Shown in pieces: positions 23,276-37,627 of a stretch of 64,000 bases of DNA. The first letter of the stretch is position 1, and the number at the start of each line of letters is the position of its first letter. The notes below the pieces were generated by a model that made no database searches, was not told where the DNA came from, and saw only the letters and a list, made by a program, of their open reading frames with translations. The stretch is from Cenococcum geophilum (Eukaryota): contig CP158635.1 of assembly GCA_050273025.1 (NCBI GenBank), positions 3,162,001-3,226,000 on the forward strand, written 5' to 3'. The translations under genes were made by a program, and so were the position numbers.

Positions 23276-26200
23276 TTACCCCCTCCTCCGTAAAAGCCTG
23301 CCCTTAGGCTTTATATGTCCGTATTATACCTATAGGGCGTTCTTATCTTTATGCTCTTCCGGTAGCTTATTATCTTTATTATACTAGCATTTCATCTATT
23401 CGTTTAGGTACTTTAGCGGTCCCAGTTTATTAAGGTAATGGCTATAGAATTTTCAAGCTTATAGGGACTGCTGATAAAGTTCTATATAGGGTACTAGGTA
23501 GGATCTAGGTTATAGCCTTTCTAACTAACGCGGTACTTTGGCGTTTTCCTTACTAGCTTATAGGTTAGTATCTCCTTAATTTCCTATTTATTATTGCTAT
23601 TAACTTAAATTAATAGGGGGGGTTTGTTCTTTTATCTAGGTAATAGGTTGTTTATAGCCTTCTATAGCTTATCTAGTAAGAAAATAGGGTAAACCTTAAT
23701 TAAATCTGGGAGCTTTACTTTATATAAGTTGCCTATTTTCTTAAGGACCTTATACGGTCCTAATATCTAATAATTAAGCTTATAACTAAGCCGTTCCGTC
23801 TTCTAGTTCTTTATTATAACCTAGACTATATTACCTACGGTAAAGTCAGGCTCGCGCCTATACTTATTAGCCTGCTATTTTATTAATTTTTAGGCCTTTT
23901 CTAGATTTGTATGGGCTACTGTCTAGGCTTCCTCTAAGCGCTTAGCGTACTACTGGGCTTCCTTATAAGATAGTTTCTCGCGTATAGTCCGTGGTCCTTC
24001 TAGTCTATCCTAGTTAAAGCTTATTTATAGTAGATACCCTATTTCTAGTTAGATAGGTGCAAATCCTATAAAGTTATAAGGTAGGGTCGCCTAGGTGTAG
24101 TTTATTAGAGGTAGTAGTTTGCCCTAGTTATCTTAGAAGTAGTTAATAAAGGGCCGAAGTCTTTAGTCTAAGTATTAATTTATAATCTCTGTCTAACCGT
24201 CTGTCTAAAGATAGCACGCCGTAGAAAGCTTTAGCTTAATTCCTAGGATCCGAGTAAACTCGTTCTAGAAAGCCGATATAAACTGTGATCCTTAGTCCAA
24301 TATAATAGTATCTAGTAATCTGTAAATTTGGTAGATATAATAAATATATAGTTGGGCCGCCTCTTTAGCATTAATATTCTTATAACAGGGGATTAAGAAA
24401 GGGTATTTGCTAAAATGGTTAACTAAGATTATAACTATATTATACCCGTTTCGGTCTACTAGTAGTTTATAGAAGTCTATAGAGATATACTACTAGGGGC
24501 GCTCTGGTATTGGAAGTAGCTTTAATAGTCTTAGGGTCTTATTTCGTAGAATCGTAGACCTACGGCAATTATTGCAGTTTCGTACATAACGGTTAATATT
24601 TATAACTATTCTAGACTAGTAGTAATAGTTACTAATAATCTTACAGGTTTTATTTTTTTAGAATAGGCCGTAGAGACCTAGGTATATACTTTGGTAATAA
24701 GCCAGGTTCGTAAGTTCTGTTTTTTTACTACTACTAGCCGTTCCTAGTGCTTAAGCAGTCCAGTTTTAAGGGACCATAGGCTGTTAATATCCTTTGCCTT
24801 TTCGCGGTACTCCTATAGAGAAGGGTCCGTACGGTTTGCTTATAGTAGTTTATTAATAAGGTTAAATTCCATAGAGTTAATAGGATATATCTCGGCACTT
24901 AAAGATTTAGTACTTAGTTCTTTGTAACCGACTACTAGTACTATGCTAAGACACTAGGATGCTGCCTGGAAGGCAGCATTAGCACTACCCTCGTATACCT
25001 CCTATACCTTATATTACCCTATTTCGACTACGTATTAGTCTCCCCTTTTATCCTATTACCTATACCTTTCTTATGTATATATACCACTTGATTTCCATAG
25101 ATTTATAATTAAGTCGTTTATTCAATTCTTCGCACTGTAAAGCTTATATTCTTCCTATATCTAAGGGTTAAGGTGCTTTAGTTATAGTAGCGTCTAGGTT
25201 CGTAATAAGATCTTCGCGGCTATCTAGTTATTTAGGTCCTGTTTATAACTTATAAGAGCGTCCGCACGGTTAGTAGCGCCTAGCCTATATATAATTAGGA
25301 AGTAAAACTAAGATAGAGTATCCGCCTAGCGCGCCTGCCAGGCTATAAGGGCTTTTGTTATTATAAAATATTCTAAGGCCTTATAATCTAAAACTACTTA
25401 GATAGGCTTAGGGGTCCCTTCTAATTATACTTGCCAGTGCTAGAAGCTAGAGATAATAGCTAACATTTCTTTATTATAGATTAGGTAGTTTAGCTTAGCA
25501 TCTATTATAGTCTTTAAGTAGTAAGTAATAGGGTACTACTCTCCGTCTATCTACTTCTGGGAATAAACACTGGTAATAATACTATCTAAGGCATCGGTTT
25601 CTAGCATTAAGGGCCGTTCTAGGTTAAAGTGGGCGAGTAAGGGAGCGGAGACTAGTCGTTTTTTAAGCTTATTAAAAGCCTGCCTATATACGGTATTAAA
25701 GTAAAAGGGCTGGTCCTTTATAGTAAGGCGGCTAAGGGGCTAAGTAATCCTACTATAGTTCTTAATAAAGCGTTGGTAGAAGTTATAGAAGCCTAAAAAT
25801 AACTATATCCCTTTTACTGTCCGTAGTGGTTCCCACTAATTAATTTTAGCCATCTTTTCCGGGTCTGCCTTAATTCTATCTATACTAATAATAAACCCTA
25901 GGTACTTTATTCGCTTTATACTAAACTCTAACTTCTTAATATCGGCCTAAAGGCTAGCCTTATAAAGCCGTTATAGAACCTTATAGACGTGCTCCTTGTA
26001 TTCTAACTCGTTTTCTAAGTAAATTATAATATTATCTAGGTAGGCTATATAGAAGTTATTAAGGTAGTTAAAGAGTATATTATTTATATATCGTTAGTAC
26101 GTAGTAGGTCCGTTAGTTAGTCTAAAAGGGAGCACTTTATATTTATATAATCCGTATTAAGTCTAAAATATAGTAAGGTTTATAGATCTAGGGTTTATCC

Positions 26201-29200
26201 TAATTTAGTAGAAGGCCTAATAAATATTAAGCTTTATAAATACCTTAGCTCTATTTATTTGGGCTAGCGTTTTATCTAGTAGGGGTAGTAGATAACGGTC
26301 TTTACGGGTTATATTATTAAGCTTATAATAATAATTAATATAGAAACAAAGTCCTTTATTTAGCTTTTTTATAAAGAGAATAGGGGAGGTAAATAGGGCC
26401 TAACTAGGCTTAATAAACCCCTTTACTAGGATGTCCATAATATACTACTTAGTAGCCTATAATTTAGCAATAGATTGTTTATAAATGGGGGTATAGCTAA
26501 GGACATTTTCCTTATCTGGTTTAATCTTAATCTTATAGTTATACGGTCGGTAGGGTAGAAGTATATTAGATACTGCCTTAAAGAATACGTCCTTAAACTC
26601 TTAGTACTAATAGGGTAGTTTCTGTTCTACTAGCTCCTTATCTATAAGCTTATCTTTCTCTTAGGCTAGGGTCTCTTTTTCTTTAATTATTTAATTGATT
26701 TTATATAAGCTAGTTATAAAGGTAATAGTATCTAGCTAAACTAAGTTTTAGTAGAATCCTACAGCGCTAATATAGCAGATATTAACTAGTGGGAGGTCCA
26801 TAGGTTTCTTTACGGATATTTATTAGGCCGTATTTTGCGGTATAGGGTTTATAATCTTCCTTAGCTCGCATTCTATTTTCCATAAGTTATCCTTCTAGTT
26901 TATCCGTTTAGTATATTATCTAATATTCCTAGCCTTCCTTTATAGCTGCGTAGGGCCTAAGTTCTCTATAGGAAACTTAAGTAGGTCACTACTAACTTCC
27001 TAGGTCTTTAATGTAGGTGGCGTAATATAAGTCTAGGGGCAGTGTAGTATATAGATCTATCGCGGGTTAAGCTATATATCCTTCTTAAAGGCGTAGTCTT
27101 TACGTATGGCATCGGCCTAGTAGATAGTATTAATCTAGGGTTATATAAGGTTTTCTATTATAATACTAATTTCTTTTATAAAAGGAGGGGTTAGGGGTAG
27201 GGTTTTAGGCTAGATAAGCCGTCTACTTTATATGTTATGCTATAAGCCTAAATAGGCTAGCCATTTCCTCCTTAAGATTATATTATAGCTTCTAAGGTCC
27301 GTAATAAGGAAGGGGATATTATACTGCCTTCACCCATTAACGCGGAGGTATATCCGTAAAATACTTATAATAAGTTACCTTACCCGTCCGTTATACCCGC
27401 GAATAGGAATTAGTTTAGGTAGATCTTCTATAAGTGCATTAAGAAAGTCAGCTAGCTTTACAGAATACTAGGTGTCTATTAGGGTAAAGGTATTTACTCT
27501 AGAGTTAACTAAGGTAGAGGTTAAAACTTAATATCTATTGCGAAATAAAGTATAAGGAATAATGCAGCTTTTTCCACTAATTAGCTGTCCTAGATTAACG
27601 TATAATATATTAATCCCTTTTAATCCTGTTAGTTATATAGGGTAACTTACCAATAACAACTACTCGAGTAGGTTATAGTAATGTTGGTTAATTAATCTAT
27701 TGATTGGAATAAGGAAGGGCGAGGAGCTTAAGACTCCTCACTACGCTAGTGCTACGGCGTTACGCAACAACCGCTTGCCTTATTCCCGACACTAGCAACT
27801 CTTCTTTTATAGTTACTATCTATATATAAATACTGCTTAACTAGCGTAACAAATATTAATCCTCCTTACTTACTATTGCTATTATAATATAAGTCTCGCT
27901 ATCCTAAAATTTGCCTCTTAGCACATGGTACTTTCTTACTTAGAAGTTGCGGGTAAATATTATATTAGGGCCGCTAAGGCGCTAGTTATAAGCAAGCCAA
28001 TAGCAATTTTCTATCCTGGGGATAAAAAATCCTAATTAGCTGGTTAGAATTAGGGTCTGCAGATTATTATACTCCTACTCCCTTTTAACCTAACCTTTAA
28101 CCCGTATACGTAGAGTGTTTATATTAATAAACATCTTTAGAGCCTTATTTAGGTTTGCCTTTATTATTCTATTTACTAGGTTATCTTAACCGTTAATTTA
28201 TTAAATCTTAAAGAGTTCTTACTATTTATAGGATTAATAAAGTGCCATAATGTCAATTATAAGGCGCTTCTCCTTTATAGTACTAAGCTTAACTAAATAC
28301 TTATAGAGGGAGTATAAGTTAGTATATACGATTATAGGAATAACGGGAAGTTTAAGTTAATCTATAATTATTTTTAGGGTAGTCCCAATTATAATTACTA
28401 TATTAACTCTGCTAACCATTCTATATATCTCTAATACTAGAACACTTTAAGTAACATATTTACTTTTGGTTAAGCTCTAATAGATAAGATTGCCGTAAAT
28501 TATAAAGTTATTCTCTCTAGTAGATTTATTCGCGATAATAATCTTATATCCTAACTAGGAGCTAAAATCTTTATTATTTATAAACGATTTATTAATAAAT
28601 ATAAAGAGCTTAGCGGTGGGGAGATTAGTAGGTATATAGAGTAGTCCCTAATTAAGATAGTTTATTTACTAGAAAAGACGCTTATTTAGGGTAAGAATGT
28701 TATCCTTAGTTAGTTCCTAGTATTAAGCGGCAATAGAGAGGTTAAATAAAGCCTTAGGTTAATAAATAGAAGCAATATAAACTCCGCAAGCGCATTACTC
28801 CATATATTCTTACTTTAGAGAATTAATATTAATAACGTTAAGCTTTTTACCTTAACCCTTTTAGCGCAAAGTAATAGAATCCTTATTTAGGGAGAGGATG
28901 CATCTATTAAAGAGTAATAGTGTTATTAAATTAAGCTTTTTCTTTAGCTTTACTATAAGATTTACCTTTACTAGCTTATTTTCTCTAAGAGCTAAAAACT
29001 AGTTATCTCCCAAGATAATTATATTATTAGTTTATATACTAATAATTTTAAATAAAGTTCCTATAGTTATAATAAGGAAGCAAGGATTAAATATAGAAGT
29101 AGTTATTAAAAGCTTCTCTTTATAGTACTTACTATAGGTAGCCTACTAGTAAGTTCCTGCCTTTATAATTCCATATAATAGCTTAAGCACAACTATAATC

Positions 29201-29943
29201 ATATCTTTAGGATACTGGTGGCGAATTTATTCTAAAAGGTATACTAATATTAAGCGCTAAAGGTGCGTCTCTAATTAGGTATAGGCTTAAGTAATATCTT
29301 ATAAATAAACCGCTATTCTATTTTTTATTAAGGAGGAAGCTAGCGCAACAATAACTCGCTAACTAGCTCGTTAAATTATAGGAGATTATATAAGAATTAC
29401 CTCCTTACTATTATCGTTATAACCTTAGATAATAAGCCTTAATTTCTTAAATAGGGCGTTAGTAGCTTTGCCTTTAATCTTATTAACTATTCTTAACTTA
29501 AAGATATAAACTTTATTAAACTTAGTAAGGTTATACTTCTTAAACTTAAAGACTCCTCTTATAATAAGACTATTAATCTCCTGCTTATTAGATGCTTAAA
29601 AAGAAGCTTTAGGAGTTATAATACAACCTTCCTTTTAGAGCTGTTTTGTAAGCTTAAAGTTAGCCTTCTCCTTAGCTGTTATAAAGGCCATTAATAACTT
29701 AACTCTATTCTTAATAGCGGCAATAAATTGCTCTTTAAAATTAATAAGATATTAGTAATTTTATAATCCTTTTAGGCAACCCCTACCGCGTTATAGTTGC
29801 GGCACCTCTACTATAATTATATTAGAATCGTAGTCGCCTTCTAGAGTATATTAATGATAGTTCCCTTCTAGGGCATCCTATAAAGGCTTAGAACTATTAT
29901 CTTTATAGTAAGGCTTAATAATAGTTAAACTGAATTAAGTGGG

Positions 29944-32900
29944 TATAAGAGGCCAGTCTAACCGAAACGTATAATTATCTAATTAATAGTATAGAATAAG
30001 AGTTACTGGTAAGTAGAAGATAAGTTAAGGTAGAACAATCTTTATAAATAAAGGATAATGCTTTCTAACCTCTTCTATTTAGAGACTAATTGCTAGTTCT
30101 TCTCTAGAGGGGAACTAGCTTCCTATATATTTCTTCTAAGACGCTAATAAAACCTTTCGCCCCTAACCTGTCTAACTGTATCTTCTAGAATATAGATAGG
30201 ATATATATAAAACCTTCTACCGTCTTATTAGATATGTACCTTCTAGGGGATTCTATTATAATTGCCTCCCCTTTTAGGGTCTTAGTCCTCTAAGACTTCG
30301 CCTTTACTAAGCTTTTATAGAGTTCCGGCTAAAACCACTAGGGAAACCCTTAGTGGAAAGGTATTTTATAATGCAACTTATTGCCAGCTCTTTACTAGCG
30401 CAGAACTTTACTTTATCTTTTATTCCTCTGCTCTTTTTCTACCCTAGCTCCTTATAGTGCTTTTATAATAGGATTTTAATAATAGTAATAAAAATTTGGT
30501 GGGATTTACCTCTCTAATTTTAAGAATTTGTTATAAATAGATCTGGAGGTTATCTGGTGTAACGTGTTAACTAACTACTATCCCTATTTACCTAAATAGG
30601 CTTTAATAATAACGTCTTTTATTTTAATTTCTTTTTATTTATAAGTTGTTGCCTTTTACTCGTCCTTTTATTAATAACACTATTTGTCTTATTCTTAAAT
30701 AGGCTGTTTTTATTATATCTTGCCTTTTAGCTTCTATATCTTTAGCCGTACTTCTATTACTACCTTATTATCTTTTCTTAACGCGTCTATAAGTAATAGG
30801 ATTCCCTCCTTATCTCTTATAACAATACTAACTTCTTAAAGTATCCTCTTATAATAGCTTGTGGTCCTTCTACGCGTCCCTAAACCGGCGGTAGTATTAT
30901 TCCTCTCCTAGTAACGCCCTAGATAGTATCTGTTACTCCTATAGCAGTTTCCCTAAAATGCTATTATTGCTACGTTTATGCTCTTATGTAGGATCCTTCC
31001 TACGTTTGTAAAATGCCTTGCTCTAGTAAAAATAAATTTAAGTGCTCCTATTATTGCAGTAGGAGAAAGACCTATATCCTAGTATTTCCTATTCCGTCTT
31101 ATTTTAGATTTTACTAATTATACTAGATCCCCGCTGTTTATATATATAAGACTTATAGGCTCTAACGCGCTATCTAAGATTTCTACTAATATCCTAATAA
31201 TAATAGGCGGGGATAGAAGGTGTTTTCCCTTGCTTATAAACTCTTTAATTTAATAAGGGTTTCCACTACTGTAGAGACGTAACGTTTTTAAATATATAGT
31301 ATTTAGGAGCGCATATGCGAATAGCTTATCTTTATTAATAATAATATTTATACTCTTACGCGGGCTACTCTGGCTAGGTAAGTTTCTCTAGTAACTTACT
31401 TAGGAATTATGCTAAATCCCTTAGCTAATATCTCTCTAATCCCTATTTAGACGCTAATTTGGAACCTAGGGATACTAAAAATAGTAATAAAGGTTAAGAT
31501 AAACGTTCTCCTTACTAGTTTCCTACCTATGCTAGTCCTTCTAGTACCCGTTATTTTAAGAAGAATATTAGTAGAAGTACTAATAATTCTAGGGATAGAG
31601 GAGCTGATAATACTGTTAATAATAACGTTAAGATAGAAGAAGAGGCTCCTGTTACTATTGTTAGTATTTAAGTTATTATTTAGCTCTTTTCTTCTTCTTA
31701 TAGAATAGCTTTATATAGTGCTTCTTGGGTTCCTCTAGGATGCCCTATTATTAGGAATTAACTTTATACTTTGGGGATGCCTTTATTCTAAGCTTTGGTG
31801 ACAATCTATATAAATATAGTGCACTACTATAATCCCCATATGTGATAAACAGGTAGTGTTTCTATAGGTGCCTTATAATTCCTTAAAATTTCTAATTCTT
31901 TATAGGCTGTCCTTTTGCTCCTCTTTATACTACTAACCTTACTATATATCTCCGGTGCTAGGCTAAATACTCTCCTTTTATCCTTAGGGGATCTTTCTAA
32001 ATCCCTAAGGCCACTTCTTATAGTACTACTACTCCTTTTTAGATAGCGTCTTCTTTAAACAGTATCCCTAATAGTTCTCCTATAGATCCTTATAGGCTTC
32101 CCCTTATAGAATTCTAGGATCCCTGTTATAATAGCGATACGTTTCCGTTCTTAATACCTATACTTAATCCTATAGTTTTAATTTACGGGGTCTTCCCTAT
32201 TACTTTACCTATAGTATATCCGGAACTATTTTTAAATCTTTACCTTTGGTTCTTAGGAAGGTTTTAATTACGGTATTATATCCTAGCTAAAGGTACTTCT
32301 TAGGTTCCTAACTGTTATACGCCTAAAAGTATCCTTCCTAATAAACTAAAAATTCGCGCTTTTTCTGGCGCTATCTTTAGTCTAAAATATCTTCTATATT
32401 CTATTTTAGTTCCCTATTAATTTCGCTAGGTGGGGGCGGTTCTGTACCATCTCTTCTCTAGTATAGCTTTAGTAAGGAAACATAAAATATAAAATATATT
32501 AGATAAGATTTTAGTAATTCTAATTTATAGGCTTAGTTTCCTTTAATTTTCCTAACTATCTTAAAGGGTCCGAGCTATTAGTAATCTAGCTTCTTCTTAA
32601 TGCGTTTTATTTAAATATTTTTTATAAATAGTAAGACTTCATCTCCTATCTTAAATTCTTTTGGTATATATTTTTTGTTATAGTACCTTTTTTATATAGC
32701 CCGGGCGTCTAGTAAGTGCTTTTTAAGTTCCTCTCTGCGAATTCTTATTTACTTAGTTCTTTTGGACGCTACTAGTGCCTCTTTTTTAGGAATAATATCC
32801 TTAACATTTTAGGGGGTATTTACTTTTACCCCAAACAATGCTTTATAAGGGGTCATTTTTATACTACTATAGATGCTTATGTTATACACGTACTACGCTA

Positions 32901-35900
32901 GAGCTAACTATAATGTCTAATTATCCTATTAATAATTAATATAGTAGCGGAGGTAGTGTTCTAATAACGTATTTAGACGCTCTGTTTGCCTATTTATTTA
33001 CGGGTAAAAGGCAGTACTTATCCTTTGCCGTATTTTTAATAAGAGATAGAATAAAGACTAAAATGCACTATTAAATACGGTACCTCTATTAGATATAATT
33101 CCCCTTAGCGTGCTAAATAAGAGCCACCGTTTTAAAAACAGGTCTACTAGTTCTATTGCCGTAATTGTTATTATAATAGTAAAGTATCCTAAAAACTTTA
33201 TATACCTGTTAATAATTACTAGGATAGCGTTAGTAACCTCTCTAGTTCTTATCTTAGTAGGGGGTAAGCCTATAATAAAATCTATTATTAATTCTAATAT
33301 AGGTCCCTATAGAATAAGAAGCACTAATAACTCGCCATATAGGCGATACCTAGATATCTATATCCTTTAGCACGTATTACACCTTAATATATAGTCCTTA
33401 ACCTCTTTAGACATTTTATCCTAAAAGTATTTCCTTTAAACGGCCTTAAGGGTTCTATTAGCACCGTAGTAACCCCTAAAAGGGTTATTATAGAAGACCT
33501 TTAGAATTTCGTCTTAAATTGCTTAGTCCTTTAGGATATATATAGCACCCTTAAAGCGTAACAGACCCTTTTAGTCTTACTACTATAGCTTCTTAGTAAC
33601 TCCGGCTAAGTTAGTCTTTACTATATCTTTCTACCTCTCCCCAAAGGCGAAGGCGTCTCTTTATTAAGCTTAAAGAAGAAAATCCGGAAAGGTTTTATGT
33701 AGATTACTTACTTTTATTTTACTTGCTGCTATTATAAACTTAAGGCGTAGTACGAGACGTTTTAAACTATTAGTGCTAGTAGATTCTTTTACCGTTATAT
33801 AGTGTGCTATATTACGGATAGACATCTTACCTATCCCCCTTAAATCCGAAAACTTGCAGCTAATACGCCGTTAAGTTAAAGGTGCTGTAATACCTCTAGC
33901 ACATTCTATAGAATTCTCGCTAATTTTAGGGTACGCTAACTTTATAACGTCTGCTTAGTTTATAACCTAGTTTATAACTATATCCTACAGCTCTATAATT
34001 ATATTGCTTTATAGCTGTATTACTAGGACCTCTACCCTACTATAAAATTCTATAGTTTTAGGGAAAGAGTCTTCTTTCTTCCTAAGCAAATTTTGTAATG
34101 TAGGGATTATTTCCCCTATGCTGTTCTAGATTCTCCCTATTTCGTAATCTAGACGTCTTAATAACCTATTAGTAGGATTTGTCTTTCCTAGGTAGTATAT
34201 AATCTTAAAATTATACTATAATAGTGCCTCTACCCGCCTAGCTTGTCGACCGCTTAATACCTTTATAGTTATAAAGTATTTTAGGTTATTATAGTCTATA
34301 AGGACTTTAATAGGGTAATTGCTTCCTATATAATAATATCGCTAGTGCTTTATTACTGTAACTATCGCGAGTAACTCCTAGTCGTGCGTTATATAACGCT
34401 ATTTTATAGGGGTTATTTTTCTTAACTAAAACGCCATAGGATGCCATTTTCCGTCTTTTAATTAAGATATAATTACCCCTAGGGTAAAGCCGGATGTATC
34501 TGTTTTAAGATATATACGTAGCTCCTAGCAGAAGTGTATTAGGATAGGCGCCAATATAAATAAATCCTTTAACTGGTCTATAGCCTACTTAGTAGCTTCC
34601 CTAAATATAAAGGGTTCTAACTTCTTGCTATTCTTAGATCCTTTTAGTAGATTAGTAATTAAGATTATTATTTATAAGTAGTAAATAATGAACGTTTAGT
34701 AGAAGCTCGCCGTGCCTAAGAAAACCTATACTTCTCTAAATATTATAGGGTAGGGCTATTTTCTAATAGCGTCTACCCAACTTTTCTCTATTAATACTCC
34801 GTTGACGCTAATAATAAAGCCTAAAAAATTAATGCTAGTAGTATAGAACGTGCACTTTTTTAGGTTTATATAGAGCTTATATTCCCGTAGTCTTTCTAGT
34901 ACTATTTATACGTGGTGCGTATATGCTTTATAGTCGTTAGAGTAGACTATAATATCATTAAGGTAGACTATATATATCGTATCTAATAAGCCCGATAATG
35001 CCTTATTAATATAGGCCTAAAATATTACTAGTGCGTTAGTGAGCCCGAATGGTATTATTAGGTACTTAAAGTGGCCGTACTGTGTTTAGAACGCCGTTTT
35101 CCACTTATTACTAGCTTTAATCCAGATTTAATAGTATATATCTTTTAGATCCAATTTTATAAATATCTTTACGCCTAATAGCCTATTAATAAGCTCCCTT
35201 ATTAAGGGTAATAGGTAGCAATTCTTTATAGTAATCTTATTTAGTACCTAATAGTTAATACAGAGGCAAAGGGTCCCGTTCTTCTTAGGTATAAATATAA
35301 TCGGTACCCCTACTAGGCTTATAGAGGGCCAAATCTATCCTCTCTAAAGATTGTCCACTATATATTAACGTAGTACCGCTAGTTTATTTTCTAATAGGTT
35401 ATATAGTGGTCCAAAAGGAGGTTATTTATCCCCTATATCTATCTTATACTTAACTAATATAGGGTTAGGTAAGGTTTATATAGCCTCTTTACTAAAAATA
35501 TCCTCTAAGTCTATATATTCCTATAGAATCTCTAGTTCCTTAACTGCGTATAGCCAGATATCCGAAAATAAATATCCCGTGTCCCCGTTCTTAGTGTTAA
35601 GAGTAGTATATATAGTATATACCCACCCTTCTTCTTATATATAGTTTAAGAAAGTCTCTTAATCTTTAACTATAATACGCGGTTAAGACTTCCGATGTTA
35701 ATATAAGGCTAAAGGCCAATTAATATCCGGATTAACTTGGTGAAGCTATAGGTATCCTAAAACAAGATTATACCCCTTAATTTCTGCGGTATAGAAGCGT
35801 ATTTTCTGCGTATCCTATAGACTATCGCGGTCCTAGCTGGCTATAGAAAAAGCCTATTCTCTATAGTATGGAATCTAGTAACCTTTAATGCTTTAAACGG

Positions 35901-37627
35901 TATGTACCTGCGAGTCACTAAGGTCTAAATCCAATTTTTTTTACTAGTAATTAAGAAATAAACCCTATAGTTACGCCGCTATCTATAAGGCAGTCTCGCG
36001 TTGCCTATTTATTATTAACTTAAATAGAGACAGGAATAACTATACAACAGCTTACTCCCTCCTTCTCTTACTAGCCTAGTGTAAGGGAGTGAAGATCTAT
36101 TAGGCTCTCTCTTTTCCCAATTAATCTGATTCTTATTTCTTTTGCCAGCAGAAGCGCTTTATATAACCCTTTTTACCGCAGTTATAATAAACGCGTAACT
36201 CTTAGTTCCACTTATTTAGATTAGGTTTTTGCCTATTATTATTCTAGGGCTAACTAGTATTGCTCTAGGGCTTTAAAGCCTACTTACGTTATTTTTCCGT
36301 AGAGTGGTTGGGTTGGAATCTACCCCTATTATTAAAGCTAGGTCTAGTCCTATACTCTTTATTATTAGTGTTTTATTCCTTTCGCTTGCCTAGATAGTCT
36401 CTTTTAGTATTCTTAATTTAAGTAGCTTTAGAGATAAGCTTTTCTTAAGAGGTAGGAATTTCGCCCTTCTCCTATATAGCCTATTAAATCTTAGGTCATA
36501 ACTTAGCAAGTAGCTAGTAAAGTTGTATAGTATTATCCTATAGGTCTAAGTAGGGTATATTATCTTTTAGTTCTTCCAAGTAGTTTATAAACTAGACTAT
36601 ACTCTAGCCTTCTCGCTATTTGGCGTTGTAGTATTACTAGTTATAATCTATCTCTTAATTAGTAGGGTCTTAGACCTAATTAACTAACTAGGACTTAAGT
36701 TCGCTAAATTTAAGGGGTATAGTAAGTTTCTTCTTATAGCATATTTATAAACTCTTAACAGTGCTATATAAGAAGGTAGAAGTAATTAGTGTCTAATTAT
36801 ACTTATTAGAGTAACGTTTCGGATCTAGCCGAAACTTAGTTTCGCATTAACGGATAAAACAATTATAGTTCTGGAGACTATTATTATAGTACTTATTAGG
36901 TTCCTTTGTGCGAAATTTAGGGTTTTCTAACATTATAGTATAGTATAGCGTTATCCCTTTGAGTCCGCTTTGTGTCTAGGGTGTCTATACTTCCCCTAAT
37001 TGTCCTTATAATTGTTCTTAGTAGTCTTAATATACTTGTCTTAATCGTATCTCCAACTCCTTTGTTTTTTATAGGGTCTCGTATAGTAACCGCTCCGATA
37101 ACTCCCTAGCGGTAATTATTCTTAAGGGTCTTATAAGGTTAGATAGACCAGCCGTGGCTTCTTTATAGGAAGAGGGAATGCGCTCCTTTAGGGAGACTCT
37201 TTAAGCCTCTTACGGTAGGGGCGTCGTTTTAGGGGGTAAGGAGGTATAGCCCGTTATCGTTAATTAATAGCCGTATGTTCCTTCCGTAAAGGATTAAGAG
37301 CAATTAGAATTATAAGAGGCTAGTTTAACCGGAACGTATAATTATCTAATTAACAGTATAGAATAAGAGTTACCGGTAAGTAGAAGATAAGTTAAGGTAG
37401 AATAATCTTTATAAATAAAGGATAATGCTTTCTAACCTCTTCTATTTAGAGACTAATTGCTAGTTCTTTTCTAGAGGGGAACTAGGTTCCTATATATTTC
37501 TTCTAAGACGCTAGTAAAACCTTTTGCCCTTAACCTATCTAACTATATCTTCTGGAATATAGATAGGATATAGATAAAACCTCCTACCGTCTTATTAGAT
37601 ATGTACCTCCCAGGGGATTCCGTTACA
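29944..37627 (-). mobile_element. Ty3/Gypsy LTR retrotransposon D (7684 bp), inserted in Copia C, with a ~2 kb extra region 3' of pol
   Basis: 317-bp LTRs at 29944-30260 and 37311-37627. TSD GTGGG/GTAGG (one G>A). Gag knuckle YYNCGKKGYIKRFC (~36190), protease LIDSG (~35985), RT IVYLNDI (~34960), integrase, chromodomain (~32400-32280). Confidence 0.9.
30854..31671 (+). pseudogene. RIPed spliced antisense gene inside Gypsy D: Cys6 zinc-cluster-like protein with acidic C-terminus (~241 aa)
   Basis: Exons 30854-31081, 31127-31377 and 31425-31671 (726 nt, in frame). Introns 31082-31126 (GTATTT..TACTAAT..CTAG) and 31378-31424 (GTAAGT..GCTAAA..TTAG). Literal translation KCYYCYVYALM*DPSYVCKMPCSSKNKFKCSYYCSRRKTYIL|IPAV. 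All internal stops are TAA/TAG, as expected from RIP of CAA/CAG/TGG. The start assumes ATG>ATA. Confidence 0.65.

Noticed and set aside
30958..31377. Alternative unspliced frame in Gypsy D giving a C2H2-like FHxCxDVTF..LGAHMRxAH pattern
   Set aside because: The spliced model explains the Cys cluster, both introns and the frame change better; this pattern is probably an off-frame coincidence.
31700..32250. Possible second antisense ORF or exon in the extra region of Gypsy D
   Set aside because: Too heavily RIPed to choose a frame, and no motif seen.
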